DNA of 64,000 nt from Fidelibacterota bacterium. Its GTDB lineage: Bacteria > Fidelibacterota > Marinisomatia > Marinisomatales > Marinisomataceae. Positions 1-9,009 of the stretch are shown here, one piece after another. The stretch lies in assembly GCA_965212055.1 (NCBI GenBank), contig OZ243041.1, positions 800,001 through 864,000 on the forward strand, read 5' to 3'. The number at the start of each line of letters is the position of its first letter. Within the stretch, counting starts at the first letter, position 1. The translations under genes were made by a program, and so were the position numbers. The notes beneath the pieces are model-generated. The model saw nothing but the letters and a program-made list of their open reading frames with translations. It did no database searches and was not told the DNA's origin.

Positions 1-2
1 GT

Positions 3-2762
3 ATGAGTGGCTATGTTTCATCAATTGATATTGGAGAAGATGACAATCAAATTTTAGTTGCCATTTCTAACTACGGAGTTTCTTCTGTTTGGGAAACCAT
101 AGGTGGTGGTGGAGCAAATGGTTGGATAGATATCGAAGGTGATCTACCTGATATGCCTATTAGATGGGGACTATACAATAAAAATAATTTTAATCAAGTA
201 ATTGTAGCGACTGAACTTGGAACATGGGTATCCGATGATGTTTCTGTTTCAAGTCCAACATGGAATCCATCCAACGATGGATTGGCTAATGTTAGAACTG
301 ATATGCTTGCTAGACGAGCTGCAGATGGTGCAATGGCTGCAGGAACTCATGGTCGCGGTATGTTTTATTCAACTGGATTTACTTCTACTGCGCCTTTAAA
401 TGCTGCATTTACTCCTGATAAGACTTCTGGAGTATTCCCATTAACTGTTCAATTTAATGATAGATCAACTGGATCTCCGACTTCATGGTCTTGGGATTTT
501 GGTGATGGATCTACAAGTAGTGATCAATCTCCATCACATATCTATACTGCTGCTGGTCAATATAATGTTGCATTAACAATTTCTGATGGAACAAATTCTG
601 ATACTACGACAAAGAACAATATTATTTGGGCAACAGCACAACAAGATACATTATGGGAAGAAGGATTTGAAACAAATCCATATGGTTGGGCTGATGGAAG
701 AAGAGATGTACATGAATTCTTAACCGTGAACGCGAATGGCGATGCTGAGGAATGGTCTTGGTGGTATTATACTGCAGGATTTGGAGCAGCTGATGGTAGT
801 CACTGGATGGCAGGACTTGGAATGGGTTCTAGTGGTTCCGATGCAGACGATTGGCTTATTAGCCCTGATTTATGGTTAAGAGCAGGCACTGACAATATTT
901 TAAGTTTTTATACAAGAATGCATGATGGTAGTGTCACTGAAATATATGATGTCTTACTATCCCCTACTGGCGGTACTAATATTGCTGACTTCACTGTTAC
1001 CTTAGCCAATGTTGAAGACACTTCTGGTGCGTGGACACAGCAAACATACAACCTAAGCCAATGGTCTGGTTCTAATGTTCGTGTTGCAATTCATATGAAA
1101 ACCACCAATCAGTTTTATGCATTCTTTGATAATTTTACACTGACTGCAGGAGAATTATCTACAGATGGTGCCCCATTAGCACCTTCAGGCCTCAGTGCGG
1201 AACCAGAACTTGTATATGATGCAACAAATGAAGTATGGAATGCAAGTGATGATGGTGTAGCTATTTTCTGGAATAGAAATGGCGAATCAGATCTTGCTTC
1301 ATATAATGTATATACAAGCCAAACAGATGATTTTACTGCTGATAATTCAACATTGCTTGGTCAAGGAACAATGGGCAATATTAATTCAGAACATTTCTAT
1401 GCATCTCCATCAGACACACCTTGGCCTGATACAACATTTGTCTTTATACAAACTTTTGGAGTGGATTCATTGCTTCATGATAATTTAAGTCAAGGAGAAA
1501 AATGGTACTACAAGGTAGGAGCAGTGGATAATGATGGTAATGAAACAATCTCCGAACAAACAAGCTATATATTAGATAGTACTGGTCCAACCGCTGGAAC
1601 ATATACAATCAATGATTTACATGATAGTGAATATCTAAGAAGCACTTCTGATATCGCAATCACCGTTGATGGTTGGTCAGATAATGTTGGAATAGCATAC
1701 TATTATATGGGTATTGGAACAACTGATCAAGATCTTAACGCAGATGTTGTACACTATCAAAATGTTGGTTTAACCAATTTAACATTGACTGGATTAACTC
1801 TTGATGATTATACAAAATACTATCTCAAAGTTGCCGCATTTGATGAAAGTGGTAATAACTCAGATGCTATTATTAGTGGATTTACAACCTATACATCTAT
1901 GCTAGGTGATTATGATAATGACTGGGATGTAGATGTTGAAGATTTAAATTCACTTGTAAATGCATGGCCAAGCGTTGATATTGGTCCAGCTACAGGAACT
2001 ACACCTTATCTTGTACCAACACTTGATGGTAACGCTGATATCTATGATATAAGTGCATTTACTAGAAACTGGCAATGGACAAAAGCTCAAGGAAGAACTT
2101 CAGAATCAGAAGAAGAGATTGAATTAAATCCTATTGACTTCCCTGCTGAATTATCTGGAAATCAAATTAAGATTACACTACCAGACAATATTACAGCAGG
2201 AAGATTTGAGATAGCAAATAATGAGAATGTATATCAGTTTTCTCTTAATAATACAAATGAAGGTATAATTCTTCTAGAAAATGAAGATAGTATTAATCAA
2301 TTGTATGAAGTGGAATTTGGAAGATTATCTCAAGATCAAAAAGAATTGTATATCTACATAGATGGGAATACACCAGCAGCTACACTACAAATGAATTACC
2401 AACTATTCTCAAAAGATGGATTGGCTGGCAATGGTATGATGCAACTAGGAAATCCTGACGCATTTAAGCTTTATCAGAATTATCCAAATCCTTTTAATAG
2501 TCAGACTACTATCAGATATGATATTCCATCATTGATGGTTGATATAGTTCCTGTAGAAATATATATCTATAACACTATTGGTAAGCTAGTCAGAACAATT
2601 GACGAAGGAGATAAATCTGTTGGTACACATGCTGTCATTTGGGATGGAAAAAATGATGATGGTGAAAATGTAAGTAGTGGAGTTTATTTCTATCAATTAC
2701 GTACAAAAGTTGATGGCCAAAGCGATTATAATAAAACCATGAAAATGGTTCTTGTTAGATAG
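3..2762 (+). CDS. Large secreted multidomain protein, probably 5'-truncated: BNR/Vps10-like propeller end, PKD, choice-of-anchor-J/cleaved-adhesin-like, FN3-like, dockerin-like, C-terminal T9SS type-A/FlgD-Ig sorting domain
   Basis: Motifs AGTHGRG, SWSWDFGDG (PKD), ADDWLISP, WYYKVGAVD, GDYDNDWDVDVEDL and LYQNYPNPFN...WDGKNDDGENVSSGVYFYQL. No signal peptide at the window edge, so the true start is probably upstream. Confidence 0.85.
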   Translation: MSGYVSSIDIGEDDNQILVAISNYGVSSVWETIGGGGANGWIDIEGDLPDMPIRWGLYNKNNFNQVIVATELGTWVSDDVSVSSPTWNPSNDGLANVRTDMLARRAADGAMAAGTHGRGMFYSTGFTSTAPLNAAFTPDKTSGVFPLTVQFNDRSTGSPTSWSWDFGDGSTSSDQSPSHIYTAAGQYNVALTISDGTNSDTTTKNNIIWATAQQDTLWEEGFETNPYGWADGRRDVHEFLTVNANGDAEEWSWWYYTAGFGAADGSHWMAGLGMGSSGSDADDWLISPDLWLRAGTDNILSFYTRMHDGSVTEIYDVLLSPTGGTNIADFTVTLANVEDTSGAWTQQTYNLSQWSGSNVRVAIHMKTTNQFYAFFDNFTLTAGELSTDGAPLAPSGLSAEPELVYDATNEVWNASDDGVAIFWNRNGESDLASYNVYTSQTDDFTADNSTLLGQGTMGNINSEHFYASPSDTPWPDTTFVFIQTFGVDSLLHDNLSQGEKWYYKVGAVDNDGNETISEQTSYILDSTGPTAGTYTINDLHDSEYLRSTSDIAITVDGWSDNVGIAYYYMGIGTTDQDLNADVVHYQNVGLTNLTLTGLTLDDYTKYYLKVAAFDESGNNSDAIISGFTTYTSMLGDYDNDWDVDVEDLNSLVNAWPSVDIGPATGTTPYLVPTLDGNADIYDISAFTRNWQWTKAQGRTSESEEEIELNPIDFPAELSGNQIKITLPDNITAGRFEIANNENVYQFSLNNTNEGIILLENEDSINQLYEVEFGRLSQDQKELYIYIDGNTPAATLQMNYQLFSKDGLAGNGMMQLGNPDAFKLYQNYPNPFNSQTTIRYDIPSLMVDIVPVEIYIYNTIGKLVRTIDEGDKSVGTHAVIWDGKNDDGENVSSGVYFYQLRTKVDGQSDYNKTMKMVLVR

Positions 2763-2775
2763 GAAGAGTCAATAA

Positions 2776-3843
2776 ATGAAATTTCTACTTTATGGAGCTA
2801 ATGGGCATACTGCAGCTTTTGCAATCGAATACGCTAAAGAACAAGGCATTAATCTTATATTAGCTGGTCGCTCACAAGAATCTATTAAACCACTCGCAGA
2901 AAAAAATGGATTTGATTACCGCATATTTGATCTAGAGTCAAATGATACCATATGTAACAATATTAAAGATATAGATTTGGTTTTAAACTTTGCAGGACCA
3001 TTTAGATTTACCTTCAAAAAAATGATTAATGCCTGTCTTAAGACAAAAACACATTATTTGGATATTACTGGGGAAATGACTGTTATTGAGAAGGCTTACT
3101 TAATGGGAGATAAATTTAGGAAAGCAGGTATCATTGTTTCACCAGCAACCGCTTTTGATACACTTCCAACTGATTCTGTTGCATTAAAACTTAAATCTTT
3201 ATTACCAGATGCTAATAAAATTAAATTAGCATTCAAAATAAGTGGAAGAGGAACTTTTAGCGCAGGATCTGCAATTACAGGCATGTATCGTATGCACAAA
3301 GGATGTTTAATTCGTAAGAATGGTAAAATTAAGAGAGTTTCCCCATTATATAACAAACACAATATTGATTTTGGTGATGGTAAGCCAATACAAGTTGGAA
3401 TTTGGACATGGGCAGATATTTATAGTGGATATTATTCTACTAAAGTACCAAATATTGAGTTTTATACTCCACTCTCTGATACCCAATTAAAAAAGGCATT
3501 AAAATATGATTCACTGAAATATAAGATTCTCTTAAAACTTCCCTTTTTAAGAAATGCTCAAATAGAAAAGATTAAAAAGAAATTTAGAAACCCATCATAT
3601 GAAGCTAGATTAAAAAGCAATATGCATATATTCGGTCAAGCTAATAATTCAAATGGAGATAAAGTTGTTGTAAAATTAAAAACATGTGATTCTTATATCT
3701 TCAGTGGGAGAGGACCAATTGCTCTTGCTAATTATATCAGTAAAAATGATGTGGAACCTGGATTTTACACTGCTGGACAAATTGCAGGGCCTGATTTTGT
3801 AACTACAATTGAAGGTGCTGACGAATTTGAAATCTTAAAGTAA
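2776..3843 (+). CDS. Saccharopine dehydrogenase-like NAD(P)-binding oxidoreductase
   Basis: LLYGANGHT Rossmann motif, LAGR, NFAGPF, HYLDITGE, AFDTLPTD. Confidence 0.85.
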   Translation: MKFLLYGANGHTAAFAIEYAKEQGINLILAGRSQESIKPLAEKNGFDYRIFDLESNDTICNNIKDIDLVLNFAGPFRFTFKKMINACLKTKTHYLDITGEMTVIEKAYLMGDKFRKAGIIVSPATAFDTLPTDSVALKLKSLLPDANKIKLAFKISGRGTFSAGSAITGMYRMHKGCLIRKNGKIKRVSPLYNKHNIDFGDGKPIQVGIWTWADIYSGYYSTKVPNIEFYTPLSDTQLKKALKYDSLKYKILLKLPFLRNAQIEKIKKKFRNPSYEARLKSNMHIFGQANNSNGDKVVVKLKTCDSYIFSGRGPIALANYISKNDVEPGFYTAGQIAGPDFVTTIEGADEFEILK

Positions 3844-4806
3844 TTTAGTTTGATATAAATCGTGTAATCTTAGTAGCCCTACACATTTTTTATTATCTAC
3901 TACCGGTAAAACAGAAATTTGTGATTGTCTATCTTCCATTAATTTCATTGCATCATGAATAGCCATTGAAGATGATACTTTTACAGGACTTTTATTAATA
4001 AAAGGATTAATTGAATCACCATTTTTCTTATTAGATGCAATCGCTTTACGAATATCTCCCTCAGTAATAATTCCTTCCAGAGTTTTATTTTTTCCTAACA
4101 ATAATGCAGCACCTAAAGGTTTTTTTGTCATAAGAGTTGCTACATTTGATAAAGAACTATTTTCTTTTAAGACTGCAACTTCTTTTATTGGGTGCATAAC
4201 ATCCTTCACCGTTAGTCCTAGTTGTTTTCCTAATTGACCGCCTGGATGATATTTGGCAAAATCTTTTTCTTTAAATCCTCTTTTTACCATTAAAACAGAT
4301 GCAAGTGCATCACCAATAGCCATCGCGACTAATGAGCTAGCAGTAGGAACAATTCCTAGTGGATCTACTTCCCTATCAATTGTCCCATTTAAAACAATAT
4401 CAACATTTTTTGCAATAAATGAATTCATATTGCTAACAATACCAATAAGGGGTGAATCAAATTCTCTTAATATTGGAATTAGGCGAATTAATTCTTCTGT
4501 ATTACCACTTTTTGAAATCAATATAGTTGGATCACCTGGATTATAAATCCCCAAATCTCCATGTAAAGCATCTGAAGCATGCATAAAAACACTTGTAGTT
4601 CCAGTACTACATAAAGTTGCAACAATCTTCTGAGCAATAAGTCCTGATTTCCCCAATCCACAGACTACCACTTTTCCGTCATGCTTTGCAATAAGATTAG
4701 ATGCTTTGATAACATCTTTATCAATTTGTTTTGCTACTTTTCTTAATTGCGCTGATTCGCTCTCAAGAATCGATTGTGCTAATCCATTTATCTTATTTTT
4801 GGCCAT
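3835..4806 (-). CDS. kdsD: Arabinose-5-phosphate isomerase (KpsF/GutQ family, SIS + 2 CBS)
   Basis: GLGKSGLIAQKI, ALHGDLG, ISKSGNTEE, FAKYHPGGQLG, C-terminal CBS pair. Confidence 0.93.
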   Translation of the reverse strand: MAKNKINGLAQSILESESAQLRKVAKQIDKDVIKASNLIAKHDGKVVVCGLGKSGLIAQKIVATLCSTGTTSVFMHASDALHGDLGIYNPGDPTILISKSGNTEELIRLIPILREFDSPLIGIVSNMNSFIAKNVDIVLNGTIDREVDPLGIVPTASSLVAMAIGDALASVLMVKRGFKEKDFAKYHPGGQLGKQLGLTVKDVMHPIKEVAVLKENSSLSNVATLMTKKPLGAALLLGKNKTLEGIITEGDIRKAIASNKKNGDSINPFINKSPVKVSSSMAIHDAMKLMEDRQSQISVLPVVDNKKCVGLLRLHDLYQTKLL

Positions 4807-4859
4807 TCCAAGATGAATATAATTAGTTTTAATGGAATTATGACTGATAAATTTGTAGA

Positions 4860-5621
4860 ATGGCGTTGATGAATATTTTTATTACAGGCGCAAGTAGTGG
4901 CATTGGAGAATATGTTGCATATGAATACGCAAAAGATGGGGTCCATCTGGCATTATGCGCAAGAAGAAAAGAAAAACTAAATCAAACTGCTGATAAATGC
5001 AGAGAAATGGGCGCCAAAGTTACAACCTATTCTGTTGATGTCACTGATCAACATTCAACAAAAGAATCGATAGATGATTTTTTATCAAAAATAAATAGAA
5101 TTGACTTGGTAATTGCAAATGCAGGTCTTGGAGAACTAGATGCGCTACATAAAGGTAATCCAACAATGATGAACGAAGTAATAAATGTAAATGTTATTGG
5201 GGTACAAAATACTATTGTTCCATTCTTACCAACAATGCTTAAGCAAGCAAGTGGCCATATTGCTCTTGTAGGATCAGTTGCAAGCCATATAGCCTGGGTT
5301 GGTGGTGGAGCGTATGCTGCATCAAAATTTGCAGTGAAAGCTTTAAGTGAAAGTTGGAGAAAAACATTACCAAAAACAATTGATGTAACATTGATTTGTC
5401 CCGGTTTTGTTGAAAGTGAAATGACAGAGAAAGCGGAATGGAAACCTTTTGTAATTAAGACAGATGTAGCTGCTAAAAAAATTGTTAATGCACTTAATAA
5501 GAAAAAGAAAATGTTTATCTTCCCATGGCAGTGGCATGTTGTAATAGCATTTAAAAAAATACTTGAGTTGTTGATGGTAAATGCTGCAAGAAAAGTATAT
5601 AAAAAACGCTATAAAAATTAA
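4860..5621 (+). CDS. Short-chain dehydrogenase/reductase
   Basis: ITGASSGIG, NAG, YAASK, PGFVESEMT. Confidence 0.92.
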   Translation: MALMNIFITGASSGIGEYVAYEYAKDGVHLALCARRKEKLNQTADKCREMGAKVTTYSVDVTDQHSTKESIDDFLSKINRIDLVIANAGLGELDALHKGNPTMMNEVINVNVIGVQNTIVPFLPTMLKQASGHIALVGSVASHIAWVGGGAYAASKFAVKALSESWRKTLPKTIDVTLICPGFVESEMTEKAEWKPFVIKTDVAAKKIVNALNKKKKMFIFPWQWHVVIAFKKILELLMVNAARKVYKKRYKN

Positions 5622-5633
5622 ATAATTCTATAC

Positions 5634-5891
5634 CTAAATTTTATCACATAGACTGGCTAGTTCGATATCTTTTTTTGTTACATCACCGCTATCATGTGTA
5701 GTCAGTAAAATATCTACTTTGCACCATCCAATTTTTATATCTGGATGATGATTCATTTTTTCAGCCAAAAGAGCAATCTTATTCACAAAATTGATTCCAG
5801 AAAGGTACGAAGAGAATTCAAACGTTTTAGTAATTGATTTATTGTCGTATTTCCAATTATCTAATTCATCAATCATTGATTCTATTTTCAT
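5634..5891 (-). CDS. Pterin-4-alpha-carbinolamine dehydratase
   Basis: AEKMNHHPDI and LTTHD motifs, 85 aa. Confidence 0.92.
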   Translation of the reverse strand: MKIESMIDELDNWKYDNKSITKTFEFSSYLSGINFVNKIALLAEKMNHHPDIKIGWCKVDILLTTHDSGDVTKKDIELASLCDKI

Positions 5892-5899
5892 TGAATTAC

Positions 5900-7705
5900 T
5901 TACCCTGCTACTTTTTTAAATTCCCAAATCATCGGAATAACTATAACAGACACTATCCATAAAATTAGACCTAACGGAAGACCAACTCTAATATAATCAG
6001 AATATTTATATCCTCCTGGACCAAATACCATCAAATTAGTCTGATAACCAACCGGAGTAATGAAAGAGGCTGAAGCTGCATAACAAACAGCAAAAATAAA
6101 TGGAAGAGGTTCATATTGAGCTTGTTCAGCTAGTTTTAAAGTAATTGGAGTCATAATAATTGCTGTTGCTACATTAGATGCAATTTCTGTTAATAACATT
6201 GTAATTAGATAAATAACAGCTAATAAAATATAGGGTAGTAAATGATCTGGAAATATACCAACAATACCTTGAATGAAAACACTTATATTGCTATCAAGCC
6301 CTGTATTGCTCATCGCAGCTCCTATTGGCAGAAATGCAGCAATTACTATAATTACTTGCCAATGAATGGATGAATAAGCTTCATTTGGTGTAATTACTCG
6401 TGCTAATAACAATATAATAACCCCGATGACAACACAAACATGAATAGGAAAATTCTCAAAATTAAAAATAGCTATAGTAACTGACATTAATATTGTAAAA
6501 ATACTTAACCACCATAATGGATGACTATCAAGAGAAGCATCCACTTTTCCTAATACAATAAATCCTTCTCTTGATGATAGTTGATTAATACGATCTTTAG
6601 GACCATATACTAATAATGTATCAAAAGGTTTTAAAATAAATTGAGTAAGTTTTCTTCGAATAACTTCTCCCTCTCTTCGGATTGCAAGCACAAAACTTCC
6701 AAAAGTTCGTCTAAAATTTGCTTCCTGAAGAGTTTGTCCAATCAACTCAGAATTATCAGTAACTAAACATTCAGCCAAAATATGATCTTCCTGTTCTAAT
6801 TCTTCTTGTGTTAATTTTTCATCTGTCAATAAAGCAAGATTTTCAATCTCTTTTAATCTTTGAAAGTTCTCAAAAGACCCTTTAACAAAAAGAACATCGT
6901 CTTGTTTTAGTATTAAACTTCTTAGATTTGAAGTAATAATTTCACCACCTCTTAAAACATCTAATACAATAACATCATAATTCTCATTAATTTTTCTATC
7001 AAGCAAGGTTTTACCACATAAAGGAGAGTTCTTATTAATTTTAAATTCAGTTAGATATCCATCTAGACTATAGTCCGATATACTTGATGATTTTGAAACT
7101 CTAGAAGGTAAAAGCTTATGCCCTAAAGTAAAGATATAAATTAGTCCGATGACAAATTTAATAATACCAAATTTGGCAAATTCTAGCATTCCCAATGAAT
7201 ATTCAGAAGACTCAACTAAGACAGAATTAACAATTAAATTTGTTGATGTTCCTACTAGCGTTAGTGTACCACCAAGAATTGCTGCATAACTCAATGGAAT
7301 CAATACTTTTGAGGGACTAATATTGTATTTATCTGCCAAACGGATAGTAACAGGCATAAAAATAGCAACTATTGCTGTATTATTCACAACAGCAGAGGCA
7401 ATCCCAATACAAAATAAATAAACTGCCATACCCAATGCTTGAGATTGATCAATAATTTTATTGATATTAATTATTACATATTCTAATACATGAGATTTTT
7501 GGAGAGCATAACTCATGATAAATAAACATCCTATTGTAATAACTGCTGGATTTGAAAATCCTGATAAACCTTCGCTAGGGGTAACGAGCCCAAGAGCTAA
7601 TAATAAACCAAGCACCAATAATGCTGTTACATCTATTGGAAAAAATTCTGTGATAAATAGCACTAATGCTATCACAATTATCACACCTAATAGTATAATC
7701 TCCAT
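5900..7705 (-). CDS. SLC13/DASS family permease with TrkA-C domains
   Basis: GFSNPAV, NNTAIVA, GGTLTLVGTSTNL, TPVGYQTN..V.GPGGY. Start moved to ATG 7705 because the first 10 codons of the listed ORF overlap the tRNA. Confidence 0.92.
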   Translation of the reverse strand: MEIILLGVIIVIALVLFITEFFPIDVTALLVLGLLLALGLVTPSEGLSGFSNPAVITIGCLFIMSYALQKSHVLEYVIININKIIDQSQALGMAVYLFCIGIASAVVNNTAIVAIFMPVTIRLADKYNISPSKVLIPLSYAAILGGTLTLVGTSTNLIVNSVLVESSEYSLGMLEFAKFGIIKFVIGLIYIFTLGHKLLPSRVSKSSSISDYSLDGYLTEFKINKNSPLCGKTLLDRKINENYDVIVLDVLRGGEIITSNLRSLILKQDDVLFVKGSFENFQRLKEIENLALLTDEKLTQEELEQEDHILAECLVTDNSELIGQTLQEANFRRTFGSFVLAIRREGEVIRRKLTQFILKPFDTLLVYGPKDRINQLSSREGFIVLGKVDASLDSHPLWWLSIFTILMSVTIAIFNFENFPIHVCVVIGVIILLLARVITPNEAYSSIHWQVIIVIAAFLPIGAAMSNTGLDSNISVFIQGIVGIFPDHLLPYILLAVIYLITMLLTEIASNVATAIIMTPITLKLAEQAQYEPLPFIFAVCYAASASFITPVGYQTNLMVFGPGGYKYSDYIRVGLPLGLILWIVSVIVIPMIWEFKKVAG

Positions 7706-7708
7706 AAG

Positions 7709-7790
7709 TGCCGCGGAAAGGACTCGAACCTTCACACCTTACGATACTGGTTCCTAAGACCAGCGCGTCTACCAATTCCGCCACCGCGGC
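7709..7790 (-). tRNA. tRNA-Leu (anticodon TAG), CCA not encoded
   Basis: Reverse complement GCCGCGGTGGCGGAATTGGTAGACGCGCTGGTCTTAGGAACCAG...GGTTCGAGTCCTTTCCGCGGCA; long variable arm. Confidence 0.96.
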
Positions 7791-7833
7791 ATGCTATAAA
7801 TGGAATATATAAAAAATTGCTTGAAAAGCAGAT

Positions 7834-9009
7834 TTAATTATGTTCGATTGCAAAATCGAGTTCTGAAATTAGGTCATCTATATGCTCGATACCAACAGAA
7901 AATCTTAATAAATTGGGTGTAATCCCTAATTTCATTTTTTCATCTTTTGGAACAGAAGCATGAGTCATAGAATATGGACAAGATATTAAACTTTTCAGTC
8001 CTCCTAAACTTTCTGCGAGGGTAATAATATTTAATTTATTAGCAAATTTATCCAAGTCAATGGATTCATCTAACTCAAAAGATATCATGCTTCCATATAC
8101 TGATTTTCCTTCTGGTGACAACTGTTGTTGAGAGGCTAATTTGGATTGACTATGAGAAGATAATCCCGGATAAATCACTTTTTTTACTTTAGAGTTACTT
8201 TGAAGCCAATTTGCGATTTTTTCTGCATTAAGAAATTGTTTTTTAACTCTTAATGATAGGGTTTTTACTGATCTTAATAATAACCATGCATCAAATGGAC
8301 TGACAATTGCTCCTGCAGTATTTTGAATCAATGTAATTTTCTCAGAAAGTTCTTTATTATTCACCATCAACACACCACTAACCACATCACAATGACCGCT
8401 AATAAATTTAGTGGAACTATGCATTACAATATGTGCTCCAAGATCCAGAGGTCTTTGTCCATATGGACTCATAAAAGTATTATCAACGCTTAATAAAATA
8501 TTTTGTTTTTTACAAAGTTGTGCAGTTGATTTGATATCTGCTAATTCTAACAATGGATTGCTTGGCGTTTCGAGATGAATCAGTTTTGTATTTTTCTTAA
8601 TTGCTTTTTCTGTGTTTTTAACATCAGTAGTATCAATAAATTCAAAATCAATTCCATTATCATTCAAAACTTGTGTCACAAGTCTAAAAACTCCACCATA
8701 AACATTTTTTGATATAATAATATGGTCATTTGGTTTGAACATTGTAAAAATTGCAGTCATTGCAGCCATTCCAGATGAAAATGCATATGCATAATCAGCA
8801 TTTTCTAGCATTGCAAGATTTTCCTCTAGTTTTTTTACTGTAGGACTACCAACTCTGGAGTAAACAAATTTTTCTGTGCTTGCAAATAATGGTTGTCTAA
8901 AAGTTGAGGTTAAATGAATTGGAACAACAACTGAACCAGTTTCATCTGTATCATTTCCGACGTGAATTGATTTGGTAGAAAAATGTAAATTATTTTTTTT
9001 ATTCGACAC
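7834..9009 (-). CDS. Cys/Met metabolism PLP-dependent enzyme (cystathionine gamma-synthase/lyase family)
   Basis: FSSGMAA, ETPSNP, VDNTFMSP, HSSTKFISGH (PLP lysine), AESLGG, LRFSVGIE. Confidence 0.93.
   Translation of the reverse strand: MSNKKNNLHFSTKSIHVGNDTDETGSVVVPIHLTSTFRQPLFASTEKFVYSRVGSPTVKKLEENLAMLENADYAYAFSSGMAAMTAIFTMFKPNDHIIISKNVYGGVFRLVTQVLNDNGIDFEFIDTTDVKNTEKAIKKNTKLIHLETPSNPLLELADIKSTAQLCKKQNILLSVDNTFMSPYGQRPLDLGAHIVMHSSTKFISGHCDVVSGVLMVNNKELSEKITLIQNTAGAIVSPFDAWLLLRSVKTLSLRVKKQFLNAEKIANWLQSNSKVKKVIYPGLSSHSQSKLASQQQLSPEGKSVYGSMISFELDESIDLDKFANKLNIITLAESLGGLKSLISCPYSMTHASVPKDEKMKLGITPNLLRFSVGIEHIDDLISELDFAIEHN

Noticed and set aside
7706..7735. N-terminal extension of the SLC13 ORF
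   Set aside because: Overlaps the tRNA T-arm and acceptor stem
7575..7784. 69-aa ORF MAELVDALVLGTS...
   Set aside because: Typical translation shadow of tRNA-Leu running out of frame into the permease
7811..7830. Hairpin TGCTT-ttc-AAGCA plus T-run upstream of tRNA-Leu
   Set aside because: A 5-bp stem with a 3-nt loop is too weak to call a terminator; may be promoter sequence
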